A stretch of 64,000 bases of DNA from NCBI GenBank assembly GCA_977017645.1, contig OZ360245.1:7130001-7194000 (forward strand), given 5' to 3'. The notes beneath the pieces were generated by a model. It was not told the origin of the DNA. It worked only from the letters and a program-made list of their open reading frames with translations, and searched no databases. This document shows positions 1 through 12,253 of the stretch, one piece after another. Made by a program: the position numbers and the translations under genes. Positions within the stretch are counted from its first letter, which is position 1. Every line of letters begins with the position of its first letter. The DNA is from Torpedo marmorata (taxonomy: Eukaryota).

Positions 1-1633
1 TGGCCCTTACTTACTTCAACTCCTGCACCACCATCTCAGCCCCTACTCTAAGATCACTTAAGCCAAAGCCTTACCAGTCTGACTCACACATTGAGCCAAA
101 GCCTTCTCACTCTGACGATCATAACATCCCAACTCCTATACTTTGATTTATGAAGGCCAATATGCCAAAAGCTCTCTTTACAACCCTATCTACCTATAAT
201 AGTTGCAGCGCAGATGGAGGCTGGATACCGTTCCCTACCAGAACAAACCACTGGTTTCAGCTGCTGCCCCTTTCTCCATTGGCTTGCAAATTTGCCTTTG
301 CCTTGTACAATATCCTCTCAAATGGAAGTACGTATCATTTTCAGTGAGTCACCCCAACTCTTTTTCCTTTAGTTTATATTTGTGACCTCTAACCTTCGAC
401 CCCTTCACTAACGTGAAGACCCTCCAACTTTTCACTATGCATCATTTTACTTCATTTTTTTTTACACAATCATAGGAGGCCATTCAGCCAATTGTGTTTT
501 TTGTCGTCACATTCGCCCAATTATTTAATTATAACCCACTTTCTCTCGCATTCCCATCAACTCTCCTTTCATTCTTCTGCTTACCAGGGATATTTTACAG
601 AAGCCAATTAATCTACCAGCAGGTCTTTAGGATGTGGGAGGAAACTGTATGTCCCAGGGGCAACTCGCTCGATCACAGCGAGAATGTGCAAACTTCTCGC
701 AGACAGCACCTGAGGTCTGGATCAAGTCAAGTCCCTGGAGCTATGCAGCAGCACTAGCCACACTAGGATTGCTGCAATTAGATACACTGCGATCAAATCC
801 TTCTCTAAAGAAAACAGCCTCAGCATCTCTAATCTAGCCTTGAAACTATACTGTATAAATCTTTTCTGAACTCTTTAATGCCTTCATTTCCTTCCTATGA
901 TGAGTTATCTCAAGGCGCTGGAAAAATACAACAATGCTGTTTCTACAAAATCATCCAAATTCATCAGAATAAGTAAATGAAAAGTTTTAAAAAAGCAGAC
1001 TGGAAATCTAAAATAAAAACAGAAAATGCTGGAAATATTGAGCTGGTCAGGCTGCTATGGGAAAGGAAACAGTGTTAATGTTTCAGGCTGAAAACTCCTT
1101 GTCAGAACTAATTATTAACAGAGAAATTTATCTCTAAGTTCTGAAACCCCAGATATTTTAGAATATTCCGTTTCCAGCCTTGGCCACCCTGTAACTCTCT
1201 AAGAGCTCAAATTAAACCTGTTTATTTATAGTTACGCCCTTATTATAAATTGTTTTATTTTTGTCTTTTTACTATTTTCCCACTTTTCAAGCATAGGTGT
1301 ATTCTTGTGTATCTATCCCTCTGCTCCTTCCTGTCACAGTCCAGTTATCATTAACTATATTGCTGCCCTGCATCATTTCTCTGTCTTCTCTCATTAACTT
1401 CCTAAATCTCCACTTGCCTGAGTCCCTCTCCCATTTATTTGACTGGTATCTACAGTTGAGGGTGTGCCAGTTGTTAGGCTTATAGCACAGGACCAGACCA
1501 ATCCATACTTGATGACACCCTTTACAACCAAGGAAAATGGAGGAGAAGATGATCTCAAGTCTCTTAATGTAGGCATATTACTTTTGTTTCTCTGCCTGGT
1601 TGGTCTCAGTAATGATGTACTTCAATAGTGGTT

Positions 1634-1835
1634 AAAAACACACAGAAATGCTGGAGGAACTCAGCCGGTCTCGCTGCGTCCATAGGAGGTAAAGATATAT
1701 TACTGACATTTCGGGCCTGAGCCCTTCTTCAAGGTATAAGCAAAAAACAGGCAGGCATCTTAATTAAAGATGAGAGAGAAAGGGGGAAGAATGGGAGGGG
1801 GATTCCAGACCAACAGCCAAAAGGTGTTAAATAGG
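1634..1835 (-). mobile_element. Penelope-like element 3' terminal fragment with hammerhead-like core
   Basis: Minus strand reads taccttgaagaagggctcaggcccgaaatgtcagta, then gctgagttcctccagcattt; same family as 16650-17090. Confidence 0.65.
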
Positions 1836-1839
1836 TATC

Positions 1840-2120
1840 AATAGTGGTTGGTCCAGAGCAGGTCATTGGAGGTGATTACTCCCAAGAACTTGAAGCTATC
1901 TACTTTCTCCACTCTAGCGCCATTGTGGTCTCTACTCCCTCTCCCGGTCTATGATCATCTCCTTCATCTTAATGACGTTGAGAGAGAGAGGTTGTTATCT
2001 TGGCACCACGCCACTAGATTTTCAAGCTTTCTAATATTCCGTCTCATCATTAAACCTACAACTGTGGTGTCATCAGCAAATGTAAAGTTGAATTTGGAAC
2101 AGTATTTGTACATTACACGG
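1840..2120 (-). mobile_element. Decayed Rex1/Babar-type LINE fragment
   Basis: Reverse strand contains tttgctgatgacaccacagttgtagg (FADDTTVV) and ttcaagttcttgggagt (FKFLG). Confidence 0.7.
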
Positions 2121-2636
2121 CTATAATGAATGGTAGTTAGACCTGTTTGGTTCTTTCACAAGCAGTCTTTCTCACTCTTCCAGGTACAATGTAACAAATA
2201 AATGTAAATTTAATAAAAGCAGGTAAAATGTGCAATTTAAAACTTATTTTTCCAGTTTCTTTCACACGGGAGAGAAAAATCAAAAACAAAATAACGCAGC
2301 AATATTGTAGTGTTTCAGACAGTGTTGACAGAGTAATGTCACTTTGTTCTTGTGAAACAGCAGAGCAGCAATTAGGATGATGCCCTGACAGCTCTGCTGA
2401 CAAAATGACACATTCTCGGCACTGATGTCTTCGTATAATCAGAGATGATTTATTTTGTTGCCACCTGTCTTGTTTTTAAACACAATGTGTGTCTGATTCT
2501 ATGACTTAGCAACTGCCATTTCATCACCACCACAGCCCTCCTCAGTGCACCCGAAATATGCGAACACATGTCTAGGGTGAGATGGGGGTAGGAAGAAAGA
2601 AATAAATACTCGACCTTTTTGTGTTTTGATCCTCAG

Positions 2637-2702
2637 CTCCTTGGAATCTATGGTTGGTGGGGTAATTTCAGGAAAGCTCTGTGGAGTTTCTTCCATAAAC
2701 AG
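2637..2702 (+). CDS. RNFT1: RING finger transmembrane protein 1, third-to-last coding exon (LLGIYGWWGNFRKALWSFFHKQ)
   Basis: cctcag| acceptor after a pyrimidine tract, |gtaagg donor; 66 nt, phase 0; resembles the RNFT1 segment just before the RING and joins in frame to 9206. Confidence 0.8.
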
Positions 2703-3020
2703 GTAAGGAAATATGGTTTTGTAACTCCAGGCTGGAGCACTGCCTCACATCCCCTTCAACAGGATATATTTCAGACAAGCGACCAGAGCCATTAAAATGC
2801 GGGTCAGCTGCCATCTTATGGCCACTTTGGGAACTACAGGCAGTCTTATTGAAAATGCCAAAAATCAAAGCAGGTGAGAACCTGGATTTAAATACCTCCA
2901 GTTTTCATTTTTACAGTTGTTCCCTTTTAGAGGAACTGTTTTTCCCAGAGGGTAGTGAATCTGTGGAATTCGCTGCCCATTGAAGCAGTGGATGCTACCT
3001 CAGTAAATATATTTAAGGCA

Positions 3021-3852
3021 AGATTCAAGATTAAATTTATTGTCATAGTAATAAGACAGTGTCATATTCAATGAAATTTCTTTTTGCCTGCTGCAAGGCA
3101 CAGATTCACCACCGGCAGAAATTGCCTAAGTGCCTCTAACATTCCTCAGTCAGAGAAAGAGAAGCAAAAGAGAGTCCCCCCAGAGTCACCGAGTGTCCGT
3201 AGATTTGCCTCCAGCGCTTCCGCAGCCACACAGAGTCCGGTCCAAACCATCGGCATCCCGAGCTCCAGATCCGAACCTCCAACACGGTCAGGGCGCCCTC
3301 GACATCCCCTCGCATCCCGGTTCCGATACCTGGTACTCCTCCAGCCAGTTCGAGCCAGCCTCCAGCAGTCCGCAGCCCGGCGTGAGTCCCCCGACAGCAG
3401 TCTCCCACAGCCTCCGCGGGTTCCTCGCCTCAAGTCACCAGCAACCCGCCGCATGCACTGGTCCTTCAGCCTCAGAGCCCCTCACTGGTCTGCCGCCGTA
3501 GTCATTGTCCCGTATGTTGTCTCCTCTGCTTCTCCTTCTCAGATGGGGGGTGATCTTCCCGTCCTCTGGTGCCCTGCTCCAGTCCTCCGCTTCCCCGGAG
3601 TCTACAACCCCTCATGGCTGCTGCCGGTTAAAAGGCGCTGCCATCTTGGGTGCAGACCCCGCGGTCGTGGGATCGTAAATAAAACCACCTTCGGCTCCCT
3701 CAACGTGCCGTTCAAAGCCCGTGCGGAACCGACGGCAGTCAACTGGGCGGTTGGACACCGCGGGAGCGCTGTATCTCCGCTCCCACACTCCCCGCGGGTC
3801 CGCATCAGCGGCAGCGCTGCCGCTGCAGCGGCTCCGGCAGCGCCGCCATCTT
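3021..3852 (-). mobile_element. GC/CpG-rich non-autonomous retroelement with a Rex1-type 3' tail
   Basis: Starts AAGATGGCGGCG, ends GACAATAAATTTAATCTTGAATCT; homologous copy at 42225-43019; no recognisable protein. Confidence 0.7.
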
Positions 3853-3902
3853 TGTAGAAATCTATCCACGGTTGGATAGATTTCTACAAAGTAAGGGAAT
3901 TT

Positions 3903-4132
3903 GGGCGGCACGGTTGGCGTAGCGGTTAGCGCAATGCCTTTACAGCGCCAGCGATCGGGACTGGATCGGGGTTTGAATCCTGCGCTGTCTGTCAGGAATT
4001 TGTACGTTCTCCCCGTGTCTGCGTGGGTTTTCCCCAGGGGCTCCGGTTTCCGGGGTGTAAATTGGGCGGCACGGACTCGGGCGAAATGGCCTGTTACCAT
4101 GCTGTATGTCTAAATTAAATTAAAAAATTAAA
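3903..4132 (+). mobile_element. tRNA-derived V-SINE (HE1-like), internally deleted
   Basis: A-box-like tggcgtagcgg, B-box-like ggtttgaatcc, V-domain-like gtacgttctccccgtgtctgcgtggg, (taaat)n tail. Confidence 0.85.
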
Positions 4133-4426
4133 TAAGGGATATGGGGAAAAGGCAGGTAGGTGGAGATGAGCCTATCATCAGATCAGCCATGATCACATTG
4201 AATGGCGGAGCAGGCTTGACGGGCTGGATGGCCGACTCCTGCTCCTATTTGTTATGTTCTTGTATCTCAAAATCTACAAAACGAAACCCTTTTTTTGTTG
4301 TAAAAGAACCTTATTCTGTTTCAATGGGATCAGGTTAGTAACCCAGACACTGGACCCATTTTAATTCACCTATAGAAGAAACTGTTCCATAGATGATGCT
4401 CGAGCCTTGTCCTTTCACTCAGTCCT

Positions 4427-5492
4427 GACCCACCTGGAAAACGACGCCTCATATGCCAGGCTGGTGGAGAAGCTGTCCTCGCTGGGCTCAACACCCCTCT
4501 CTGGTACTGTATTCTGGACTTCCTAATGGAAAGACCACAGTCTGTCCAGGTCAGTAGCAGAACTTTGAGGACCCCCACACTGAGCACTGGTGCACCTAAG
4601 AGCTGCTGACCCAGAACTGCACCACCAGATTCAGCTCCAACAGTGTCATTGAGTTTGCAGATGACAACAGTAGTTGGCCTCATCAACAACAACGATGAGT
4701 CGCATTACAGAGAAGAGGTGGAAAAATCTCGTGATATGGTGCGAGAGTAACAACCTGAGTCTCAATGTGGACAAGACAAAGGAGGTGATCATGATCATGG
4801 ACTTCAGGGGGACCAGGAACGACCATCATCCACTACACATCAACCACTCTGTAGTAGAGAGCACCAAGTTCCTGGGAGTTCACTTAACTCGTGACCTATC
4901 GTGGACACTCAACATCTCCTCACTTGTCAGGTAGGCGCATCAGCGACTGCACTTCCTGAGAAGACTGAAGTGGGCAAGGTTACCGGCCACCATTATGTCA
5001 ACCTTCTACAGGAGCTCTATTGAGTTTCCTGGTCGGCTGCATCACAATGCAGAGAAATGGATCAGAGGTCAATCAACAGGACCATGTGAGTGGCAGAGAG
5101 GATCGCTGGAGTCTCCCTCCCCCCACCGTCCCACCCCCACTGACGGGATCGTTGTCTGAAGAGGGCGCACTTCCACCCTGCACACAGCATCTTTCAGCTG
5201 CTCCCGTCGGGGAAGAGATACAGGAGTATCAGAGCCAGCACTACCAGGGTGAGGAACTTCCCGTGGGCAGTGAGAATGCTGAACGACCAAAGGAACTGCT
5301 CACACTAACCATCCGAGAATCTCATATTTACGAAATAATTGTTTGTGTATATGAATACTTGTCCTGCATATGTATTGTTTGTCTGTATGTGTGTTATGTC
5401 TGGTTGTGTGTCTGCGTGTTTTGCACCGAGGACCGGGGAATGCTGTTTCGTCGGGTTGTACTTGTGCAATCAGATGACAATAAACTTGACTG
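4427..5492 (+). mobile_element. 5'-truncated Rex1/Babar-type LINE (RT C-terminal half)
   Basis: Frameshifted FADD, WCESNNLSLNVDKTKE..DFR and KFLGVHLT.DLSW; tail GACAATAAACTTGAC. Confidence 0.85.
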
Positions 5493-6454
5493 AATTGCAA
5501 GGATGTTTGCCTATTAATTCTGTGGTGCCTTTAGGCATGATCCCACTACCCCACCATCATGCACAGGGCTATACATATCTTTTTTTTCTCCTTTCAACTG
5601 CTTATCCAATTCTCATTTAAATGCCATGACTGAAGGTGTTTCCAATAATCCCCTGGGCAGTGCATTCCAGATTCTAACCAGTTATTGTATTTTCTTTTCT
5701 TTCTAATTTTTTTTGGTCTGGTATCATTTTGTTTCTTTTTCCAATCATCTTCATCCTTTTGTGGGGGCATCGAGAAGAGGTCACGTTAAAAATAAGGGGC
5801 TGCCCATTTAAGACCAACAAAGGATGTTTATTTCTCAGAAGAATTTGGAACTCTTCCTCAAGCAGATGTTGAATACTGTTAAGGCAAAGATAGGTACCTG
5901 TCCATTCTTGAAAAGCAAGTGGGTGATGGTTACCAGGAGTGTACAGAAATGCTTTGTCATTGTAACCAATCACAGAACGGCACAGCTACAGGTTTTTTGG
6001 TCCCTTGTGTCTGCATGAACATGATGCCCAAATTAAACTGAAACTCAGCTGCTTGTACATGATGCATGTGCCTATCTGGAAGCCTCTTAAACACCACTAT
6101 CATAATCTGCTTCTTCCTCTACCCCTTGCTGTGCACGGTTTTGTAAAAATTTTTTCCACTCACTATAAATGGGCCATTCTCAATCTTTTTGGCTATGTCC
6201 CCTGAGGACTGCAAAAGTTTCTGGGCCCCCTTCTCTGTCAAGTTTAGTTGGTTTCTTCTGTACTTCTCTCCTACCCCCTATACATCTTGGGGTTCCCCCC
6301 CCCCTTAAGGATATCAGTCTGTGACCCCGCTCTTAAATGTGTTGCGGCCCCCAGAGGTGGCTGTATGGCCCTCGATGAGAATGGCTGGGAAAGACTGTTT
6401 ACGTTGGAAAATGGTTCTTTTCAAAAAAAGTGAAATTTTAACATTTAAAAAAAA

Positions 6455-6660
6455 TTTAGCCCGTGCTGCCCAATTACATCCAGTTAACCTACAACCCCCA
6501 GTATGTTTCGAACAGTGGGAGGAAACCGGAGCCCCTGGGGAAAACACACGCAGACATGGGGAGAACGTACAAACTCCTTACAGACAGCGTGGGATTCGAA
6601 CCCTGGTCCTGATTGCTGACGCTGTAATGGCGTTGCGCTAAATGTTACACCAACCGTGGT
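6455..6660 (-). mobile_element. V-SINE
   Basis: Reverse complement of the 27367 family (gagaacgtacaaactccttacagacagcg). Confidence 0.85.
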
Positions 6661-6664
6661 CTCC

Positions 6665-7020
6665 CCTCAGCCTCCCAATGCTCCAGACACAACAAACCAA
6701 GTTTGTCCAACCTCACCCAATGGTTCATCTTCTAATCCTGACAGCATCCTGGTAAATTTATTCAGTACCCTTTCCAAAGCCTCTGTACCCTTCCTGTAAT
6801 GGAGACCAGAATCATATGCAATACTCCAAGTGCAGCTTAACCAAGGTTTTGTAAAGCTGTAGCATGACTTCCTATGATACTGTGCCCTGACCAATGAAGG
6901 CAAGCATGCGACAGCCTTCTTTACCATCTTATCTACTTGTGTGGCTGCTTTCAGGGAGCTCTGGACCTGGACCCCCAGACCCCTCTGCACATCATTGCTT
7001 TTAAGGGTCCTAGCATTAAC
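6665..7020 (-). mobile_element. CR1 LINE fragment
   Basis: ORF-track peptide LGVQVQSSLKAATQVDKMVKKA...ALERV..KFTRML. Confidence 0.8.
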
Positions 7021-7435
7021 TGTATACGTTCCAGCACATCACTCATGAATTTATGTTTTTGTACTTATTGTTTCTCTCACTACGTCCACACCACGATTTT
7101 AAATACCAGCGTCACCTCTGCTCCAAGGAAAGTAGTCCAACTTCTAAAGTTCCTGATCCTTGGAACCATACAAGTAAATCTCTTCTGTTCTCCAAGGCCT
7201 TAACAGTTTGTAACGTGAACACTATACTTCCATTCTGGTCAAAGGTTAATTGTGACTCTAGCTCTTTCAATCAGTGCCCCTTTTTATAAAGTTCAGGAGA
7301 CTGTATACATTTTAAACAGTTTTCTCAACCTTCTCTGCCCCTTTCAATGACTTGTGCATCCATCCTCGATCTGGTACTGTGGCCATTGTAGAACCTTATT
7401 GTATTACATTTTGTTCTTCCCACCAAAATGTAATA

Positions 7436-8078
7436 CAGTAAAAACCCTGGTATCTGGAATTCAAGCAACTGGCAAAAAAAATTGAGGAAAATAAAAAATT
7501 AAAATAAGAATAAAATAATAGGTAAAAAATATGCAAGTTTAAAATTGTCAAAGTAAATAGTCTCTGAAGTAACACATAAACCTTTGGTGAAGATGGGAGC
7601 AAATATTCAGCCAGCAGAGTGCTTTGGTTGTGCTTTGCTCGTAGCAGCTGTTTGAATAAAGTTGTGTGAAACAGCAATGCCGTCGCCCAGGATGAAGAGC
7701 TGGTTGATGCCGCTCGCCGTTGGGGTGACTCTCTTAAAGTGTCTCCTTATACCTGCTTAGTACGAGTCACGCCGGTCAGAGGCTTTATCTGTAAACTTGG
7801 AGGAGGGGGGGATTAATTATCTATAATGTTAGTTTGTCTTTTGGGCGGCTCCGTGAAGGGGGAGGAACCTGCAGATGCAGCGACGGTTAAATGTTTTCAA
7901 AGAATGTGGCTGAAAATAAAGTAAAATGCTTTAAGGTTTATACATTTGAGCAAGTGAAGTTTGTTCAGCGTAAGTACAGTATAGTATTCTTGTCTTTTAA
8001 ACTGTTTATTCTTAATTCAGGTGTATTAGTTAGGCATCTACCAATCCCCATAGGTGCTGGATACCAGGGATTTTACTG
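7436..8078. mobile_element. Tc1/mariner (Tigger/pogo-like) non-autonomous DNA transposon, long form
   Basis: TIRs CAGTAAAAACCCTGGTATC...GATACCAGGGATTTTACTG flanked by TA on both sides. Confidence 0.85.
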
Positions 8079-8424
8079 TATTTATCTTGTTAAATTTCAC
8101 CTGCCAGCTGTCTGCTCATTCCATCAGCCCACATGCAGCATCAGCAGTACAGAAACTGTCACGCTGACAGCAATGCCGAACAAGGCCAATCCCGTTTGCC
8201 TGCGTTCCTTTACTTTCCTGTCCAAAATGCCTTCTGAACATTGTATCTGCCTGCACCACTGCCCCAGGCAGCTTGTTCCACAAAACCTGCCCCTCAGATC
8301 TCCTTTAAGGTGAGAGGAGGAAATTTAAACTATGCCCTCCAGATTTAGATCCCCCCACCCTAGGAACAAGTCACTATCCTATGCTCATAATTTTAAAAAC
8401 CTCTGCAAGCAACTGTTACCTACA

Positions 8425-9145
8425 TACATGGTAGGGCACTGAAGAGTGTAGTAGAACTGGAAATACAGATACATAATTCCCTGAAAGTGGCGTCACAGGT
8501 AGATAGGGTTGTAAAGAGAGCACCGAATTTCATGACTTGTTCATGACAATAAATTCTGATTCTGGCATATTGGCCTTCATAAATCAAAGTATTGAGTATA
8601 GGAGCTCGGATGTTATGGTAAAGTTGTTTAAGACATTGGTGAGGCCAAATTTGGAGTATTGTGTGCAGCTTTGGTCACCTAACTACAGGAAAGATATAAG
8701 ATTGAAAGAGTGCAGAGAAGATTTACTAGGATGTTGCCCGGACTTCAGGAACTGAGTTACAGGGAAAGGTTAAACAGGTTAGGACTTTGAGGGGAGATTT
8801 GATAGTTATTTAAAATTATGAGGGGTCTTGACAGAGTAAATATAGGTAGGCTTTTTCCACTGAGGGTAGGTGAGATACAAACCAGAGGACATGGGTTAAG
8901 GGTGAAAGAGGAAAGGTTAAGAGGGAACATTAGGGGGAACTTCTTCACACAGTGGTGGGAGTGTGGAACGAACTGCCAACTGAAGTGGTGAATGCGGGCT
9001 CAATTTTAACTTTTAAGAAGAATTTAGACAGGTACATGGATTGGAGGAGTACAGAGGGCTATGGTCAGGGTGCAGGTCAGTGGGACTAGGGAGAATAATA
9101 GTTCGGCACAGACTAGAAGGGCCTGTTTCTGTGCTGTAATGTTCT
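8425..9145 (+). mobile_element. CR1 LINE 3' end containing a ~40-bp Rex1-type tail insertion (8521-8563)
   Basis: ILAFINQSIEYRS..LVRPNLEYCVQLWSP peptide; the inserted tail matches 36568-36610. Confidence 0.85.
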
Positions 9146-9205
9146 GTGGTCGATAAACATCGCAATACCAAATGGAAGCATTAACTAAAACATCATCTCT
9201 TGAAG

Positions 9206-9307
9206 CACTATGGGATGGCTGCAACCAAGCACCAGTGCAGCGATGCAGGAGATGTTTGCCCCATCTGCCAGACAGAATTCAAAGAACCTATTCTCCTCAT
9301 TTGTCAG
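9206..9307 (+). CDS. RNFT1: RNFT1 penultimate coding exon, first half of the C3HC4 RING (HYGMAATKHQCSDAGDVCPICQTEFKEPILLICQ)
   Basis: aag| acceptor, |gtaaat donor, 102 nt; CPIC..PILLICQ motif matches RNFT1. Confidence 0.95.
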
Positions 9308-9402
9308 GTAAATGTCTGAACGGGGGGGGGGGGGGGGGGGGAGGTGGGGGAGTTTAAAAATGGAGGGATCAGTTTCTGAACTCTTCCTTTTTTATCTTGC
9401 AG

Positions 9403-9537
9403 CATATATTCTGCGAGGAGTGTATTTCACTCTGGTTTAATCAAGAGAAAACTTGCCCCCTCTGCCGGACTGTCATCTTAGATCATGTTCAGCCCTGGCA
9501 AGATGGAGCAACTTCAACCCACCTCCAGTTTTATTAA
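9403..9537 (+). CDS. RNFT1: RNFT1 last coding exon (HIFCEECISLWFNQEKTCPLCRTVILDHVQPWQDGATSTHLQFY*)
   Basis: ttgcag| acceptor; HxFCEEC..W..CPLCR RING half and the RNFT-family WxDGATS..Q.Y terminus; TAA at 9535-9537. Confidence 0.95.
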   Translation, partial: HIFCEECISLWFNQEKTCPLCRTVILDHVQPWQDGATSTHLQFY

Positions 9538-11840
9538 CCAGCTGATGGGTCCAGCCATCAGAACTCAGCTACATGTGCAACCAAAATTAACTCTCCGGAA
9601 GACTTTTTAAAATATTTTGGTAATAAACAGTAATAGAGAAATGCTTTATTTTGTAAATGGATATTATTAAAATGGGAATATTTTGTTCGCTAAAACTCAC
9701 AATTTAAATGTATTCTTTAACATTACAGTACCTTATGTCTACCTGGAAACAATGAATTGCATTTTGGCCGCAGACATCATATGTAGCTGCCACATCAGCC
9801 TATGGGTGCAGATGTCAAGTATTTCTGAAATTCATAGAAAAATTGAGAACAATTTTCCATTTATCCCAAAGTCATGCTTTTATAGTGGTTTGTTGTGCCT
9901 GTAAATTTCTGTTACATTTTCTGACAAATTCCTAAATTAAGGCTCATTAGGCTCGTTCAAATAGCATTGGAATCAAATGAGGTTTACACCAAGTTTCTCT
10001 TGGCTCATTTTATGCAGTGGGCTGGCCTCTTATTGCAGCTGAACATTATTTTAGAAAATCCATGTGAATTACAGTGTTGGTATGATTTTTATTCTAGGAA
10101 CTGGAGTTGGATAGTTCAAAGCTGCCAACGTTGTTTCATTTGATAGACTGACAGGTATTTAAAAATTGCTTGCAGTTCAGTTCTATAAAAATCAAAAGTG
10201 GACAGACAGGTGCTAGAATTTCAACAATGGAATGCAGTTCACATACCAGAGCCAGGCTGTAGTGCATGAGGGCTTAATGGGTTTTGTAAAGTCGGTAATG
10301 ACTGCACTGAGTTACACTAGATTGTAAAGTCAGACATCAGTAAATGGGAAAATGTGGTAACAATCCCCTCTCCCACCATTGAACCTGTCTGTAACCACAA
10401 TCATTTTGTTTAGATCAGATCAGGACAAGGGTCAGTTAAGATCAGCTGAGTTAATTTTGAAACAAAACTTTTTGCCTTGAATCCCTCAAGCCAGCTGAAT
10501 TACATTGGATAGTTAGAAGTAAAAGTTTCATCGGTGTTGAAGACCTGAACTATTCACTTTCAGAACAAATCAACTCCAGATAGTTAATTTAATGGAGGAA
10601 TGGCAACAGGCAAGATAACGATGAAGCCTCCAGTAATTTCATGTGTGCATTTGAGTGAGAGATCACATATCTCGCAAGCTTAGTCCTTCTCCCCAATTCA
10701 GTCTTCCCTTCACTGGGAGAACACCAAATATCACCTATCTAAATCAGCTGAGGTAATTCCAGGAATGTGGCAAATATTCTTTAAACCAATGCAATAAAAC
10801 TGACAAACTTTTCCTTTGTTTGTATCTTTGGGTCACTGAGCATATTGCTCCCCTCTAATCTGGTGGCTTGCTCAGATAATTAACAATATCATTAGTTTGG
10901 AAACCAGCATCACCATTCCATATATGGAAGAGGACAGTATGCACCAGCTGTCAAATTCTGGGACTCAGGGAACCCCTTGTGCTGCAAAATGGGTGAAAGT
11001 AAATCTCATTAAAAGTTTTGAAGCATGAGCCTGCCTTAGTATAATTCAAGAATTTATAATAAAAAAGAAATCATTTAGTTTCACTTTTCACATTTTATAC
11101 TATTTTCACAGTTCTCAAGTTATTTATATAAATTGGGATGTGATCATTCTCAAAGGTAGCCTTGATCTTGGTTTATCACACAACATGCAGTACAGGAAAC
11201 TAACCTAAGTTTTATCCCTGTCTACTGGCCACAGGAGGGGATAGAATATACTTCTGCTCCTGATTGTAACTTTAGCTGCTAGATTACTCTTTTTAAGTGA
11301 TAGGAAATGTGGAATTTTTTTTTTGTACCAGACCGCTATATAATCCTGCTGCAAGATCCCCAAAAATAGTGGGAAGACACTTACAAGTTTGAGAATTTAA
11401 AATATTGTAATGTTTTCACACCTAAATGTATGCTTTTGATAGTATCTTAATTGAGATGGATTCTTGAAGTGTACACAATCAAATAGGTACTTCATGTTGT
11501 TCATAGGAGCGAAGTAGGCTGTGAGTGCTGAATCTCACTCACACAGCACATGTGCAGCCTGAGCCAAAAACAAGAATCCAGTCTAGACTGGAGGTGCTCA
11601 CCTTGGGGGCTGGGGGTGGGAAAGAGACAGGATTCAATTTCAGTGGAATTAAATCAAAGCACTAGCCCCGTGTCCATTTTAGTTACGTTAGCCAAGACAT
11701 TCTGATCATAAACATTTCCCTTGGTTCTGCATTGACATTTACTGTGCTTTTTTTTTTGTTGCTTTGCTTGGGATACATGGCGTGAAAATATGAAATGAAT
11801 ATTCTTTTTCCAATTTCCATCTAGATTAATTATAAATAAA
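9538..11840 (+). other. RNFT1: Probable RNFT1 3' UTR; candidate AATAAA at 10793, 11058 and 11835
   Basis: AT-rich, repeat-free sequence after the stop; end uncertain. Confidence 0.4.
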
Positions 11841-12053
11841 ATGATTTATCCCACACTGATTTACTTCTTGCTTCAGGTTGTCATTAACCAACATCCATTA
11901 TGCCCTCTACCAGGAAAGAAGGGCTAAATATAAAATAGCTGATATTTTACTATTTGTTATAAACAGTAGAAGTCCACCAGGATTTTCTGCTGTCCTTGCA
12001 TGAAAGCTTCAAGACACCAAAATAATATTGCACTGCATTTCGCAGCAAAGTAA

Positions 12054-12253
12054 CTGGAGCAAAGAATTGCTGGAAGAACTCAGCAGGTCAAACAGCATCC
12101 ATGAGTAGAATTGGTCAGTCAACATTTCAGGTGTGAAACTTTTATGGTACGCACAAAACGTTGACTGACCATTTCTACTCATGGATGCTGCCTGACCTGC
12201 TGAGTCCATCAGCAATTTTGTTTGCTCAAGATTCCAGCATTTGCAGCTTTTGG
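12054..12253. mobile_element. Fold-back (palindromic) Penelope-derived miniature element, older subfamily
   Basis: actcagcaggtca..agcatccatgagtagaa..ggtcagtcaac is mirrored by gttgactgacc..ttctactcatggatgctg..tgacctgctgagt. Confidence 0.7.

Larger units (their letters stand above)
2927..4263 (+). mobile_element. CR1 LINE 3' end interrupted by two younger insertions (3021-3852 and 3903-4132)
   Basis: Pieces 2927-3020, 3871-3902 and 4133-4263 rejoin to match the uninterrupted copies at 52402 and 56950. Confidence 0.85.

Noticed and set aside
150-385. ORFs that might be an upstream RNFT1 exon
   Set aside because: The start overlaps a minus-strand CR1 fragment and the translations do not resemble RNFT1.
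3084-3857. 257-aa ORF and the overlapping ORFs here and at 42170-43027
   Set aside because: Open in several frames on both strands because the element is GC-rich; the frame is not maintained between the two copies and there is no domain similarity.
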